Positions 46,919 through 56,975 of a stretch of 64,000 nucleotides of DNA are shown here, piece by piece. The position numbers and the translations under genes were made by a program. The first letter of the stretch is position 1. Each line of letters opens with the position of its first letter. The DNA comes from Candidatus Dormibacteria bacterium (GTDB taxonomy: Bacteria > Chloroflexota > Dormibacteria > Aeolococcales > Aeolococcaceae): NCBI GenBank assembly GCA_051002895.1, contig JBPCLW010000042.1:54293-118292 (forward strand), read 5' to 3'. A model generated the notes under the pieces. The model did no database searches and was not told the DNA's origin. It saw nothing but the letters and a program-made list of their open reading frames with translations.

Positions 46919-47436
46919 GCGTCCTCCTCCCAGGGGGTCAGGGTGACCTCTCTCCTCTCGATGTCAACGCCGGAGATGAACGCCCCGACCATGGGGAAGC
47001 GACGCTCTCCAGCACCGGTATCCACAACCAGCGTGTCGTGGACCGATCCCGGTTCGACGTCGGAAACGAGGCCGATACGCGTCCCTGCGGTATCCGCAGC
47101 GGTACATCCCACCAGTTGCCAGACGAACCACTCGCTCTCGGGGAGCGTCCGGACACTCTCGGGATATACGCAGAGATACTGCCCGCGGAGCTTCTCCACC
47201 GCCTCAGGTGTGGCGTGTCCGCGGAAGCACAGCAGCACTTCGTGGGGTGCGATCACCCGCGTAGAGCGAACCGTCAACTCCTCGCCGGTGTCCTCTACGG
47301 TGAGGCGCAGCCCCGCGGTGAAACGATGGGGATCGTCGCCGAGCACCTCGACGCGAGCACCGCCCTGGACGCCATGCGACCGTCGCACCACAGCGGTGCG
47401 AATGAGGGCGGGCGTGACAGCGGGGCGACTGGTCAC
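46915..47436 (-). CDS. rimM: 16S rRNA processing protein RimM
   Basis: Its position between the KH protein and trmD, plus an RimM/PRC-barrel pattern (RSHGVQGGARVEVL...; WFVWQLVGC). Confidence 0.85.
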   Translation of the reverse strand: MTSRPAVTPALIRTAVVRRSHGVQGGARVEVLGDDPHRFTAGLRLTVEDTGEELTVRSTRVIAPHEVLLCFRGHATPEAVEKLRGQYLCVYPESVRTLPESEWFVWQLVGCTAADTAGTRIGLVSDVEPGSVHDTLVVDTGAGERRFPMVGAFISGVDIERREVTLTPWEEDA

Positions 47437-47678
47437 TGGTCCTCAGCGACCTCAAGCTGAACCCGCTGGTGTCCGCGCAGACCCGCGGCGCGCACTACCG
47501 CGCGAGCAGCGTCGATATTGCGGCCACCACGGCCAATGAGCTTGCCCATATCGGCGTCGGCAACAGCCACCTCGATGATGGTGGTCCGGCCGCGGGGAAT
47601 CTCCGTGACCTCGACGGCACCACGGTCACTGACGACACCCTCGACGATGAAACGGGTGAGGTCGACGTAATCGGTCAC
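47433..47678 (-). CDS. KH domain RNA-binding protein (UPF0109, YlqC-like)
   Basis: 81 aa with [18 protein letters not shown]. Conserved position between rpsP and rimM. Confidence 0.8.
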   Translation of the reverse strand: MTDYVDLTRFIVEGVVSDRGAVEVTEIPRGRTTIIEVAVADADMGKLIGRGGRNIDAARAVVRAAGLRGHQRVQLEVAEDQ

Positions 47679-48028
47679 GCCGGGGTCTCCTCGGCCTCGG
47701 GCTGGCCGTCACCGCTTGTCGGCGGCGGCGCAGGTTCCACCGCCGGAGCGTCGGTGACGGGAGCGGGCCGCAGGGGACGCGAGCCCTTGGGCAGGATGCC
47801 CTGAGCAACGAGCAGGTCGCGGGCGGTGTCGCTGGGGCGGGCGCCCCGCCGCAACCACTCGCGGACTCGGTCGGCATCGAGCTCCACCTTGCGCTCCGCG
47901 GGCAGCGGATCGTAGGTGCCCAGCGCCTCGATGAAGCGTCCATCGCGGGGGCTACGGGAGTCGGCGACGACAATCCGATAGAAGGGCCGCTTCGTCGTCC
48001 CTACCCTCTTCAGGCGAATCTTGACCAA
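47675..48028 (-). CDS. rpsP: 30S ribosomal protein S16 with Pro/Ala-rich C-terminal tail
   Basis: [40 protein letters not shown].... Confidence 0.93.
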   Translation of the reverse strand: MVKIRLKRVGTTKRPFYRIVVADSRSPRDGRFIEALGTYDPLPAERKVELDADRVREWLRRGARPSDTARDLLVAQGILPKGSRPLRPAPVTDAPAVEPAPPPTSGDGQPEAEETPA

Positions 48029-48042
48029 AACCTCTCCTTTCC

Positions 48043-49503
48043 TTATCTGACCTTGAGTTTATTCTTCTTGCTGTTGGCCCGAGGCCCCGACAACTGCCGG
48101 TTCAACTCCTCGGGATTTCCCAAGCCAAGTCCGTCGAGCTTCGACGTATCCATGTTCTTCAGCTGCTGCAGCATGCGTGCCTTACCGCGCATGCCCTTGC
48201 CCCCCCCCTTGCCACCGAGAGTCCTGAACATCGTCTGGGTCTGCTCAAAACCCTTGAGCATTTTGTTGACCTCGGCGACGGGAACGCCGCTGCCGATGGC
48301 TACCCGCTTGCGGCGCGACCCCTTGACGATGTCGGGATGGGTACGCTCGTGGCGGGTCATGGAGAGCACGATCGCCTCCATGCGACCGAGATCCTTCTCG
48401 GTGGGCATGCTCGCCCCGGCCTGCCTGATCATCTCGCGGCCCCCTGGAATCATCTTGAGGATGCCCTCGATTGGTCCCATGTTGCGAAGTTGGCGCATCT
48501 GCAGCAGCCAGTCGTCCATGGTGAAACGGCCTTCGAGGAGCTTGGCTGCGGATTCCTCAGCCTCCTCCTCGCTGACGCTGGCCTGAGCCCGCTCGATGAG
48601 GGTGAGAACGTCGCCCATCCCGAGGATGCGCGAGGCCATCCGGTCGGGCTGAAAGGTCTCCAGCTCACTGACCTTCTCGCCGACGCCGCAGTAGAGGATC
48701 GGTTTGCCGATGGCCTGCTTCATGGAGAGCGCCGCGCCGCCGCGGGCGTCGCCATCGAGTTTGGTGAGGATGACCCCGTCGACGCCGATCTGTTCCTCGA
48801 AGGCCCGGGCCACGTTCACCGCTTCCTGACCGGTCATGGCGTCCACCACGAGGAGCGCGTCAGCGACCTTGACCCTGCGACGCACTTCCTTCAGTTCGTC
48901 GAGCATGGTCTGGTCGATCTGCAGCCGACCGGCGGTGTCGAGGATGACGACGTCGCAGTTCAACCGCTTCGCCTCCTCCACGCCACGTTTGCAGAGTTCC
49001 GGCGGCGACCTCTTGCCATCGGGCATCGCCACGGGAATCTGGTTGTCTCTGCCGAGCCTCTCCAACTGCTGGGCCGCGGCGGGGCGGTAGATGTCGGCGG
49101 CGACAAGGAGCGGTCGATGTCCCTCACGGCGCGTGGCCAGAGCGAGCTTCGCTGCCGAGGTGGTCTTACCGCTGCCCTGAAGGCCCAGCAGCATGATCAC
49201 TGTCGGCGGCTGCGACTGGTAGGCGATCTTGCGCTGTTCGCCACCGAGCAGTTCGACGAGTTCCTCATTGACGATCTTCACGATCAGTTGCCCGGGGGTC
49301 AGCGATTCGAGAATCTCCGCTGCCGCACAGCGCTCGCGGATGCGGTCAACGAATTGGCGCGCGACCTTGAAGTTGACGTCAGCTTCGAGGAGAGCGAGGC
49401 GCACCTCCCGGAGACCGGCGTCGACCTCCTCCTTGGTGAGACGACCCCGGCCGGAGAAGGACTTGAAAGCGTCACCGAGCCGGTCAGTGAGGGAGTCGAA
49501 CAT
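48043..49503 (-). CDS. ffh: Signal recognition particle protein Ffh
   Basis: [16 protein letters not shown]..., [20 protein letters not shown], Met-rich M domain. Confidence 0.96.
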   Translation of the reverse strand: MFDSLTDRLGDAFKSFSGRGRLTKEEVDAGLREVRLALLEADVNFKVARQFVDRIRERCAAAEILESLTPGQLIVKIVNEELVELLGGEQRKIAYQSQPPTVIMLLGLQGSGKTTSAAKLALATRREGHRPLLVAADIYRPAAAQQLERLGRDNQIPVAMPDGKRSPPELCKRGVEEAKRLNCDVVILDTAGRLQIDQTMLDELKEVRRRVKVADALLVVDAMTGQEAVNVARAFEEQIGVDGVILTKLDGDARGGAALSMKQAIGKPILYCGVGEKVSELETFQPDRMASRILGMGDVLTLIERAQASVSEEEAEESAAKLLEGRFTMDDWLLQMRQLRNMGPIEGILKMIPGGREMIRQAGASMPTEKDLGRMEAIVLSMTRHERTHPDIVKGSRRKRVAIGSGVPVAEVNKMLKGFEQTQTMFRTLGGKGGGKGMRGKARMLQQLKNMDTSKLDGLGLGNPEELNRQLSGPRANSKKNKLKVR

Positions 49504-49826
49504 CAGCCCTGAGCCTCCACCCGATCGCCGAGCAGCGTACGCAGTTCCATCTCCACCTGCTCTCTACGTTCTAGCTCCGCGGCGTGACCCAGGCGCTCCT
49601 CGTAGCGCTCGAGGGCTGTGATGCCACGCCGGACGAGGTCATGCGCCCCGCTGCGGCTGACCCCGAGGTGTTCGGCAAGCTCGGAGACCGACCAGTCCTC
49701 CTCGAGATGAAGTCGGCAGGCCTCCCGCTGGTGCTCTGTGAGCAGAGTGCCGTAGACGTCGAGGAGCCGCTGCAGCCGGGCATGCCGGTCGAGTTCGATG
49801 GAGCGGGACGCGGCTGTCAAGGCCAA
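49503..49826 (-). CDS. ylxM: YlxM-like putative DNA-binding protein (UPF0122)
   Basis: LLDVYGTLLTEHQREACRLHLEEDWSVSELAEHLGVSRSGAHDLVRR. Conserved position upstream of ffh. Confidence 0.8.
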   Translation of the reverse strand: MALTAASRSIELDRHARLQRLLDVYGTLLTEHQREACRLHLEEDWSVSELAEHLGVSRSGAHDLVRRGITALERYEERLGHAAELERREQVEMELRTLLGDRVEAQG

Positions 49827-49855
49827 GGCCTGGACAGATTAGCACTTCGACCGTG

Positions 49856-50830
49856 TCAGCCCGGAACAGCCGGCACCTCGAGGACACCGTGGAAGAGCGC
49901 GTCGAGATACGCCTGCGGATCAAAGACATTGAGGTCGTCGATCCCCTCCCCCATCCCCACCAACTTCACCGGGATGCCCAGTTCCTCCTCAATGGCGAGA
50001 ACGGTTCCCCCGCGTGAGGTCCCGTCGAGCTTGGTGAGAACGATCCCCGTGAGCCTCACCGCCTCGTTGAAGACGCGGGCTTGGGCAATCGCATTCATAC
50101 CGGTCGGCGCCTCAACGACGAGTAGGGTCTCGTGCGGCGCGTCGGGAATCAGGCGCTCGCAGACGCGGCGCACCTTGGTGAGCTCGGCCATGAGGTTGGC
50201 CTTGGTGTGCAGCCGTCCGGCGGTGTCGATGAGAAGCACATCGACATGGCGGCTGATGGCCGCCTGCACCGCGTCGAAAACGACCGCTCCGGGATCGGCG
50301 TTGGATTGACCGTGGGCGACCATCTCAGCGTGCGCACGGCTCGCCCAGATCCGCATCTGATCAACCGCCGCGGCACGGTAGGTGTCGGCGGCGGCGATGA
50401 GGACCGTTCTTCCCTCCTCATGGAGACGGTGAGCGAACTTGCCCAGCGTCGTCGTCTTGCCACTGCCGTTGACGCCAACCGCGACCACAACTGCGGGAAC
50501 CGCGTCCATGTTGAGGCGGCGCTGACGCGTGGAGAGGACGTTGAGCATCTCAGCCTTGAGACCGCGGATTGCCTCCTCGGGCGTGGAGATGCGCTCCTCC
50601 TTCACCCGTTCCCTGAGATTATTGACGCATCGTTCGGCCACCGCCATCCCGCAGTCGGCGCCAACCAGGATGGTGAGGAGGTCGTCGTAGAAGTCGTCGT
50701 CCAGGTCGCGCCGCAGCAAGACCGTATCGCGCACCTGCTCGCTGAAGGAGAGCGACGCCCGATCCATGCGGCGCGACATGCGCTTCCACCATGCCTCCCG
50801 GCGGGGCTGGGGGACGAGCGCCGGAGTCAC
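49856..50830 (-). CDS. ftsY: Signal recognition particle receptor FtsY
   Basis: VVAVGVNGSGKTTTLGKFA, DTYRAAA, DTAGRLH, TKLDGTSRGG. Confidence 0.93.
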   Translation of the reverse strand: MTPALVPQPRREAWWKRMSRRMDRASLSFSEQVRDTVLLRRDLDDDFYDDLLTILVGADCGMAVAERCVNNLRERVKEERISTPEEAIRGLKAEMLNVLSTRQRRLNMDAVPAVVVAVGVNGSGKTTTLGKFAHRLHEEGRTVLIAAADTYRAAAVDQMRIWASRAHAEMVAHGQSNADPGAVVFDAVQAAISRHVDVLLIDTAGRLHTKANLMAELTKVRRVCERLIPDAPHETLLVVEAPTGMNAIAQARVFNEAVRLTGIVLTKLDGTSRGGTVLAIEEELGIPVKLVGMGEGIDDLNVFDPQAYLDALFHGVLEVPAVPG

Positions 50831-53800
50831 GAGGCTACGCGGCGCAAAGGCGAAGTGGCGACGCCGAGAACGTCACCAGTGGGGATCTCCGCAGCGGCGA
50901 ATCGGACGCTGAGAACACTGCTCACCCCGCTCTTGTCGATGGTGACTCCGTAGAGTGCGTCAGCAGCAGCCATGGTCACGTGGTTATGCGTCACGACCAC
51001 GAACTGTTGCTCTGACGATAGGCGTTTGAGCAGCCGTGTGAAGCGCAGTACGTTGCTCTCGTCGAGGGCAGCGTCGACCTCATCGAAAACGTAGAACGGA
51101 CTGGGGTTGACCTGCTGAAGCGCGAAGACCATGGCCAGCGAGGTCATCGCCCGCTCCCCTCCGGAGAGGTGGCTCAGCGGTTGTAGCCGCTTGCCGGCGG
51201 GCTGGGCAAGGATCTCGACGCCAAGCGTCTCCTCGACACGGAGATCAAGCGTGCTGCTCTCGTGATGGCTCGATGCGACCTCCTCGAGACCCAGCCTGGC
51301 GCGCCCTCCGGGAAAGAGCTCGCCGAAGAGTGCGGCAAAGTGCGTGCCGACGGTGCTGAGTACGGAGTGAAAGCGTTCCGTAGCCTCCCCGCCAAGCCGA
51401 CGGGCGAGCGAGCGTATGGCGGCGGTGGCGGCAAGGAGATCATCGCGGTCGCAGCGGAGGTGCGCAGACCGCTCCTCGAGAGCCACCAGCTGCTCGATGG
51501 CAAGGGCATTCACCGGCCCCATGGCAGCGACACGCCGCTCCAACCGAACAATCTCCCGCTCCGCTCTCTCTGCCGCTTCTGTGTCCAGTTCGCTCACCTC
51601 GTCGTCAACCTCGTCACGCATGACCTCGGCGAGCTCGCCCACCCGCACCCCGGCGTCGGCCACCTCGAGCTGCGCAGCGGCAACCTCGTCCTCAGCGCGC
51701 GCCACCACGACGCGGATCTCCCCACGCTCAGTCTCTCGGGCCGCCACCTGAATGTCAGCCCTGATGACCGCCGGTGCGGTGCGTTCCAGGGCGTCGAATG
51801 CGTCGACCACTGCGCGGGCCGCCGTGGCCGCGGCACGTGCAGCGGCCCGACCCCTGACGATCGCGGCCACGATCTCGATCTCGGTGGCAGCAACACGTTG
51901 CTGGGCGCCAGCAAGGTGCTGCGCGGTGATCCGCCAACGCTGCTCCTCCTCGATCCGGCGCTGCTCAGCGGCGTCGGCGATGCGGCGGATCTCGGCAAGC
52001 TCAGTGTCAATGCTGCGGATCTCAGCCTCGACTCTCTCGCGTTCCCTGCGCCGCTTCGTGACAGCCCCGCGAGCCCGCGCAACCTCCTCTCGCGCCGCCA
52101 CCTCGGCGGTGGATGCCTCCTCGACGTCTGCTCGCGCTCGGGCGGCAGCCTCGGCGGCAGCTCTGGAATCCTCACTGCGACGGGCAAGCTCACCGCGCAA
52201 CTGGCTGACCCGGACCCGCTCCGCCTCCGCGGCGGCACTGCCGGCGATCACCGCCGCGTCCACCTCGCCAAGCGTGTTGCGTTGCTGGGCGAGTTCCCTC
52301 GACGCCGCCTCAGACTCATAGTCGACAGCGCGAAGCTGGGTACGCGTTTCCTTGAGGCTGACGGCAGCCCGATGCTCGGCCTCCTCCGCTGCCACGGCAG
52401 CGGCGCGGGCCACGCCCTCGGCGGCGACCAGCTCGAGGGTCTCGCCGCGACGGCCGCCGCCACGAAGCCCGGCGCTGCTCACCACCGTCCCGTCGGCAAG
52501 CACGGCGCGACCGCCGAAACGAGCCACGGCGGCGCGGGCGGATACGAGATCGGCCGCCAGCCAGATGTCACCCAGGCAATGCCACGCCGCGGCGGCGGCC
52601 CGAGGAGCGACCTCGACACCGGCAAGCGCGGGCCGCAGTCCCGCGCCAGCCACAGCCGAGGACGTGGGCGCGTCGGCGCCGGCGGCGAGAACCTCCTCGC
52701 GGATGGGAGAACGAGCGAGATGGGGGACGGCCCCATCGACGTCATCGACGATCCAGGCGCCGAGATGCGCCTCGAGAGCGGCTTCGATCGCTGCCGCGTC
52801 GCCGGGATCGCGAACTCGAATGGCGTCAAGGAGCCGCACCGCTCCCAGCTCGCGAGCGACGGCGGCGATGGCCCCGTCGCCGCCCAGCGCCCCGGCGACC
52901 TGGCCGCGTAGGCTGGCAGCGCGAGCCAGAGCTTCCCGGCTGACCTCGCGACGCTCCCCCAGCGCAGTCTCAGCGAGGACCACATCGCTGCGAACTTCGC
53001 TAACGGCGGCGGCGGCTCGCTCGAGGCGGGCGCCGAGAGCAGTGACAGCATCGAGGGCTTCGCGGCGGCGAACGTGCAGCGCCTCGGCGACGAATGCCAG
53101 CTTGGTCGCACGTTCGCCGGCCGCGCGGATTTCGGTTTCCAGAGTCTGCGCTGCCTCGTCGAAGAGGCTGAGTTGCGCGGTCAACTGCCGCGCTGCAGCC
53201 TGCTCGCGGAGGTTCATCTCCATGGCGGCGGCGACGGCCCGGTCCGCCACGTCGAGCTCCGTCTCTGCGGCGGCGGCCGTCTGCTCGGCGAGCCGCTGCT
53301 CAGCACCCAACTCGGCAAGCCTCGCAGTGAGCTCAACCTCGCGATCTCGAGCACCGGCATCCGAGCCGATCAGTTCACGGCGAGCAAGGCCGGCCTCGGT
53401 CAGCTCACGGGTCGCTGCGGCAACCTCCAGACGGGCGGCCGCGCGCTGCAGAACGCCGTTGCGGCGGCGGTCGGCATGGCGCCGGACCTCACCGCCGCCA
53501 CGCTCTGCGTCGATGCGTGCGGATTCCAGCGCCGCTGCGGCGGCCCGCTGCTGGGCACGGGCGGCATCAAGCTGGTCACGCTCGGTACCGAGCTCAACGA
53601 GAAACGCACTCTCGGCGTCGGTAGCCGCCTCGAGCCGGCGCTGTGCCGTCTCCAGGCGACGGCGGCCCCGGCGCAGTTGGGCTCGAGCAGCGCGCCACTC
53701 CTCGCGGGCCAGGCTGCCGCGCAAGTCGGCGAGACGATCCGTGTGGATGCGGGCCTCCCGCGCAGCCTCCGCATCGACGGTGAGTTGGGCGAGATGGGGC

Positions 53801-54396
53801 TCGCACTCCTCCAGGCGGTCGGAGAGCCGCTGGACGACGACGTCTGCGTTGTCGACGCGGCGGAGAGCGTCCTCGCAGGCGACGCGGATGAAGCGGACGC
53901 CAGCGGCCTGCTCAACTAGGGCCCGTCGTTGGCGCGGCGTCGCCTCGATGATCGCATCGATGTCGTTTTGCGCCACCACGGCATACCCGGACTGGGTGAG
54001 CCCGGTGATCCCAAGGAGCCGCTCAACGTCACGCAGTCGCGTCCGTTGGCCGTTCAACCGATACTCGATCTCACCTCCTCGAACGAGGCGACGGACCACT
54101 GAGACCTCAGCATCATCGAGGCGGATCCGGGCATCCTCGTTGTCGAGGACAATCTCGACCTCGGCGACGCCCATCCGACCGCGGCCGTCACCGCCCGCAT
54201 AGATCACCTCGTCCATGCGCTGACCGCGCAACTCACGCGCGTTCGTCTCCCCGAGGCCCCAGCGGATGGCGTCGACGAGATTGCTCTTGCCGCTCCCGTT
54301 GGGACCGACGATGGCGGTGAGCCCAGACTCGAAGACGATCTCCTCACGGCGAGCAAACGTCTTGAACCCGCTGATGGCGATCCGGGAGAGCTTCAT
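50827..54396 (-). CDS. smc: Chromosome segregation protein SMC
   Basis: MKLSRIAISGFKTF...GPNGSGKSN, long coiled coils with a hinge, C-terminal LSGGERAMTSLA...FYVFDEVDAALD. The ORF can also start 6 codons upstream (54414). Confidence 0.95.
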   Translation of the reverse strand: MKLSRIAISGFKTFARREEIVFESGLTAIVGPNGSGKSNLVDAIRWGLGETNARELRGQRMDEVIYAGGDGRGRMGVAEVEIVLDNEDARIRLDDAEVSVVRRLVRGGEIEYRLNGQRTRLRDVERLLGITGLTQSGYAVVAQNDIDAIIEATPRQRRALVEQAAGVRFIRVACEDALRRVDNADVVVQRLSDRLEECEPHLAQLTVDAEAAREARIHTDRLADLRGSLAREEWRAARAQLRRGRRRLETAQRRLEAATDAESAFLVELGTERDQLDAARAQQRAAAAALESARIDAERGGGEVRRHADRRRNGVLQRAAARLEVAAATRELTEAGLARRELIGSDAGARDREVELTARLAELGAEQRLAEQTAAAAETELDVADRAVAAAMEMNLREQAAARQLTAQLSLFDEAAQTLETEIRAAGERATKLAFVAEALHVRRREALDAVTALGARLERAAAAVSEVRSDVVLAETALGERREVSREALARAASLRGQVAGALGGDGAIAAVARELGAVRLLDAIRVRDPGDAAAIEAALEAHLGAWIVDDVDGAVPHLARSPIREEVLAAGADAPTSSAVAGAGLRPALAGVEVAPRAAAAAWHCLGDIWLAADLVSARAAVARFGGRAVLADGTVVSSAGLRGGGRRGETLELVAAEGVARAAAVAAEEAEHRAAVSLKETRTQLRAVDYESEAASRELAQQRNTLGEVDAAVIAGSAAAEAERVRVSQLRGELARRSEDSRAAAEAAARARADVEEASTAEVAAREEVARARGAVTKRRRERERVEAEIRSIDTELAEIRRIADAAEQRRIEEEQRWRITAQHLAGAQQRVAATEIEIVAAIVRGRAAARAAATAARAVVDAFDALERTAPAVIRADIQVAARETERGEIRVVVARAEDEVAAAQLEVADAGVRVGELAEVMRDEVDDEVSELDTEAAERAEREIVRLERRVAAMGPVNALAIEQLVALEERSAHLRCDRDDLLAATAAIRSLARRLGGEATERFHSVLSTVGTHFAALFGELFPGGRARLGLEEVASSHHESSTLDLRVEETLGVEILAQPAGKRLQPLSHLSGGERAMTSLAMVFALQQVNPSPFYVFDEVDAALDESNVLRFTRLLKRLSSEQQFVVVTHNHVTMAAADALYGVTIDKSGVSSVLSVRFAAAEIPTGDVLGVATSPLRRVAS

Positions 54397-54489
54397 CCGG
54401 ACGATTCTCCGCACATTGCCGGGGTCACGTCAACATCTAGGGTTTCCCGCCTTCGACACCACAAGATATGGTACTCGCCGCGAACTGGA

Positions 54490-55557
54490 TCACGATGGGG
54501 CGGGACCGGACGGGCGGGAGCCGCCCCGGCCCCGTCCGCCCCGACGGCCCCGGCGGCTGCGCTTCTTGGGCTCGGGCTCCGCTGGTGGATCGGGATCACG
54601 CTGCCGACCGACGAGCGCCTCGGCGGCGGCGCGGATGGTGCCGAGAATGCCGCGGCGCCCGGCACTGGCCGCCGGCGTTTCTGCGGACCGAACATCTCGG
54701 CCGCCCCGTCCACCGGCACCGCGATCAGCGGCCACCTCGGTGACCCGGCGACGTACCCGCGCCGGCTCCGCCGCGGCTCCCCGCGCCGCCACCCGAGCCG
54801 CGCCGGCAGCGCGCGATGTCGTCCCCTTGGGCTCGGCCCCGACGGCCTGAAGGCACTCGAGCGCTGCGTGCGCGGCGGCCTGCTCGGCGGCCTGCTTGGT
54901 GGGCCCGCGGCCCTCGCCGTATGGGCGACCCTCGAGGGTTGCCGTCGCGTGGTACTCGCGCTGGTGCCCGGGCCCCCCTACCGTGGTGACGCGGTAGTGA
55001 GGAGGAACGGAGAAGCGCTCCTGCCCGAGTTCCTGCAACCGCCCCTTGTGGTTCTCGTCGGTCCAGTCGGCGAGATCGCCGATGTTCTGCAGGAACACCC
55101 GAGTGGCCACGCGATAGCCCTGGTCGAGGAAGATGGCACCGATTAGTGCCTCGAAAGAATTGGCCAGAAGTGACGGCAACTGGCGGGCCCCTGTCTTGAC
55201 GGCGCCACGACCGAGGAGCAGGGCCTCTCCGAGCCCGAGGCGCTCCGCCAGTCGCGCCAGCGACACCGTGTTGACAAGCGCCGCGCGAAGCTGGGTGAGT
55301 TGTCCTTCGTCGTATGCGGGGAAGCGGCGGAAGAGGTATTCCCCAACGACCAATTCCAGCACCGCGTCGCCGAGATATTCCAAACGCTCGTTGTCGTGAC
55401 CGGGAGCGCTGAGTTCTCCCCGCTCGTTGTTCCACGACGCATGAGTCATGGCCTCACGCAGCAGAGCAAAGCGGCGGAAGCTGATACTGAGACGCTCTTG
55501 CAGACCGTCGAGCTGCGCCTGCTCCTCGGGCTCGAGCGGCGACGTGTGTCGCGGCAT
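54490..55557 (-). CDS. rnc: Ribonuclease III with ~130-aa Arg/Gly/Ala-rich C-terminal extension
   Basis: FRRFALLREAMTHAS..., NERLEYLGDAVLELVVGEYLF, dsRBD (...GPGHQREYHATATLEGRPYGEGRGPTKQAAEQAAA), then a ...RGGRDV...KKRSRRGRRGGRGRGG tail. ATG 55557 verified. Confidence 0.88.
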   Translation of the reverse strand: MPRHTSPLEPEEQAQLDGLQERLSISFRRFALLREAMTHASWNNERGELSAPGHDNERLEYLGDAVLELVVGEYLFRRFPAYDEGQLTQLRAALVNTVSLARLAERLGLGEALLLGRGAVKTGARQLPSLLANSFEALIGAIFLDQGYRVATRVFLQNIGDLADWTDENHKGRLQELGQERFSVPPHYRVTTVGGPGHQREYHATATLEGRPYGEGRGPTKQAAEQAAAHAALECLQAVGAEPKGTTSRAAGAARVAARGAAAEPARVRRRVTEVAADRGAGGRGGRDVRSAETPAASAGRRGILGTIRAAAEALVGRQRDPDPPAEPEPKKRSRRGRRGGRGRGGSRPSGPAPS

Positions 55558-55715
55558 TGGTTCCCCCGCCCCGGCCGCGGGCGTGCCGGGAGCTCGGGTG
55601 GCGACGGAAGGGCCGGATGGCCCAGACGGCGTCGTGGTCGCACCGCGGGCCCCGGAGCGGCGCCGTGGCGGTCGCTTGCCAACGGGGTCGACGGGCACTG
55701 CCGGAGCGGAAACGT

Positions 55716-55967
55716 CTAGCTGCTCACCGCCTCGACCTTCTCCTGGATGTACGACCAGGCCTGGCCCACCGTCATGATCTTCTCGGCGTCCTCGTCGCTG
55801 ATCTCCATCTGGTACTCCTCCTCGAAGGCCATGATCAGCTCCACCAGGTCGAGGGAGTCCGCGTTGAGATCCTCGACGAAGTTCGCCTCCGGTGTCACCT
55901 GGTCCAGCTCCACGCCGAGCTGATCGGCGACGATCGTCTTGAACCGGTCGAAGGTCAGGTCTGGCAT
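55716..55967 (-). CDS. acpP: Acyl carrier protein
   Basis: [19 protein letters not shown]...[20 protein letters not shown]. Confidence 0.93.
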   Translation of the reverse strand: MPDLTFDRFKTIVADQLGVELDQVTPEANFVEDLNADSLDLVELIMAFEEEYQMEISDEDAEKIMTVGQAWSYIQEKVEAVSS

Positions 55968-56222
55968 CGGTGCTCCCTTGTGTTGCTGGGGCGGCGGTGT
56001 CCACCGCCGGATCTGCGGAAACAGTAGCGTCCGGAGCACGGAACGCGAACCGTCCCGATGCGCCATCGACCATCTGAGTTGGACCCTGGTGAGAAGCCGG
56101 GGGGGTGGGAACGGTTTCGGCGGCCACCCGGGGAGGCGCGAGGCGACTGGGGCCTCCCCTGCGGCTGCTCTCCTGTGTGTCGGGCACGATCTCTCCCGAC
56201 TCTGGGGATGGCTGTCCGGGCA

Positions 56223-56975
56223 TCAGGCCCCCAGGCCCCCATCAACGTGGAGGACGCAGCCACTGATGTACGAGGCCTCCGGCAAAGCCAGGAAGCGAAT
56301 TGCCGCAGCGACCTCCTCGGGTGTGCCGAGGCGCTGCACGGGAATGGTTGCGACCGCGGTATCGCGAACATCGTCGCCGAGGTCGGCGGTCATGTCGGTG
56401 GCGATGAAACCGGGAGCCACCGCGTTGACGGTGATGCCCCGGGACCCGACCTCGCGGCAGAGTGACTTGGTGAGCCCGATGAGCCCGGCCTTGGCCGCCG
56501 CATAGTTCGACTGCCCAGCGTTACCACTGACACCGGAGATGCTGGCGACGTTGACGATGCGTCCGCTGCGCTGCTTCAACATCGGACGCAGCGCTGCTTT
56601 GCACACGTGAAATGCAGCGGTGAGATCCACGGCGAGAACGGCATCCCAATCAGCCGTGCTCATCCGCAGCGCCAGGTTGTCGCGGGTGATCCCGGCGTTG
56701 TTGACCACAATATCCATGCGCCCCAGAGCCTCGATGGCCCTGGGGACGAGTTGCCCGGCCTCGCCGACGGCGGCGAGGTCACCCGGAAGCGTCGCGCTGC
56801 GCACGCCGTGCGCTTCCGTGGCCTGGGCGACCTCCGCGGCGATGGTGGGGTTGCTGGTGAAGGCGATGGCAACATCGGCCCCCGCCTGCGCCAGGGCGAG
56901 CACGGTGGCTCGGCCGATCCCCCTCGTCCCCCCGGTGACCAGCGCCACCTGCCCGGCGAGCGGCCGCTCAACCAT
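56223..56975 (-). CDS. fabG: 3-oxoacyl-ACP reductase
   Basis: ALVTGGTRGIGRA..., NNAGITRD, SNYAAAKAG (SDR YxxxK), IPVQRLGTPEE. Confidence 0.92.
   Translation of the reverse strand: MVERPLAGQVALVTGGTRGIGRATVLALAQAGADVAIAFTSNPTIAAEVAQATEAHGVRSATLPGDLAAVGEAGQLVPRAIEALGRMDIVVNNAGITRDNLALRMSTADWDAVLAVDLTAAFHVCKAALRPMLKQRSGRIVNVASISGVSGNAGQSNYAAAKAGLIGLTKSLCREVGSRGITVNAVAPGFIATDMTADLGDDVRDTAVATIPVQRLGTPEEVAAAIRFLALPEASYISGCVLHVDGGLGA

Noticed and set aside
52352-54202. 616-aa plus-strand ORF antisense to smc
   Set aside because: Its composition is extreme Ala/Arg/Ser low complexity with no motifs. It lies fully inside a gene with unmistakable SMC motifs, and is a typical high-GC shadow ORF.
54490-56223. 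Single 577-aa RNase III ORF
   Set aside because: Its N-terminal 222 codons overlap the well-supported acpP gene in another frame and are Arg/Gly/Pro-rich. The RNase III homology begins just after the ATG at 55557.
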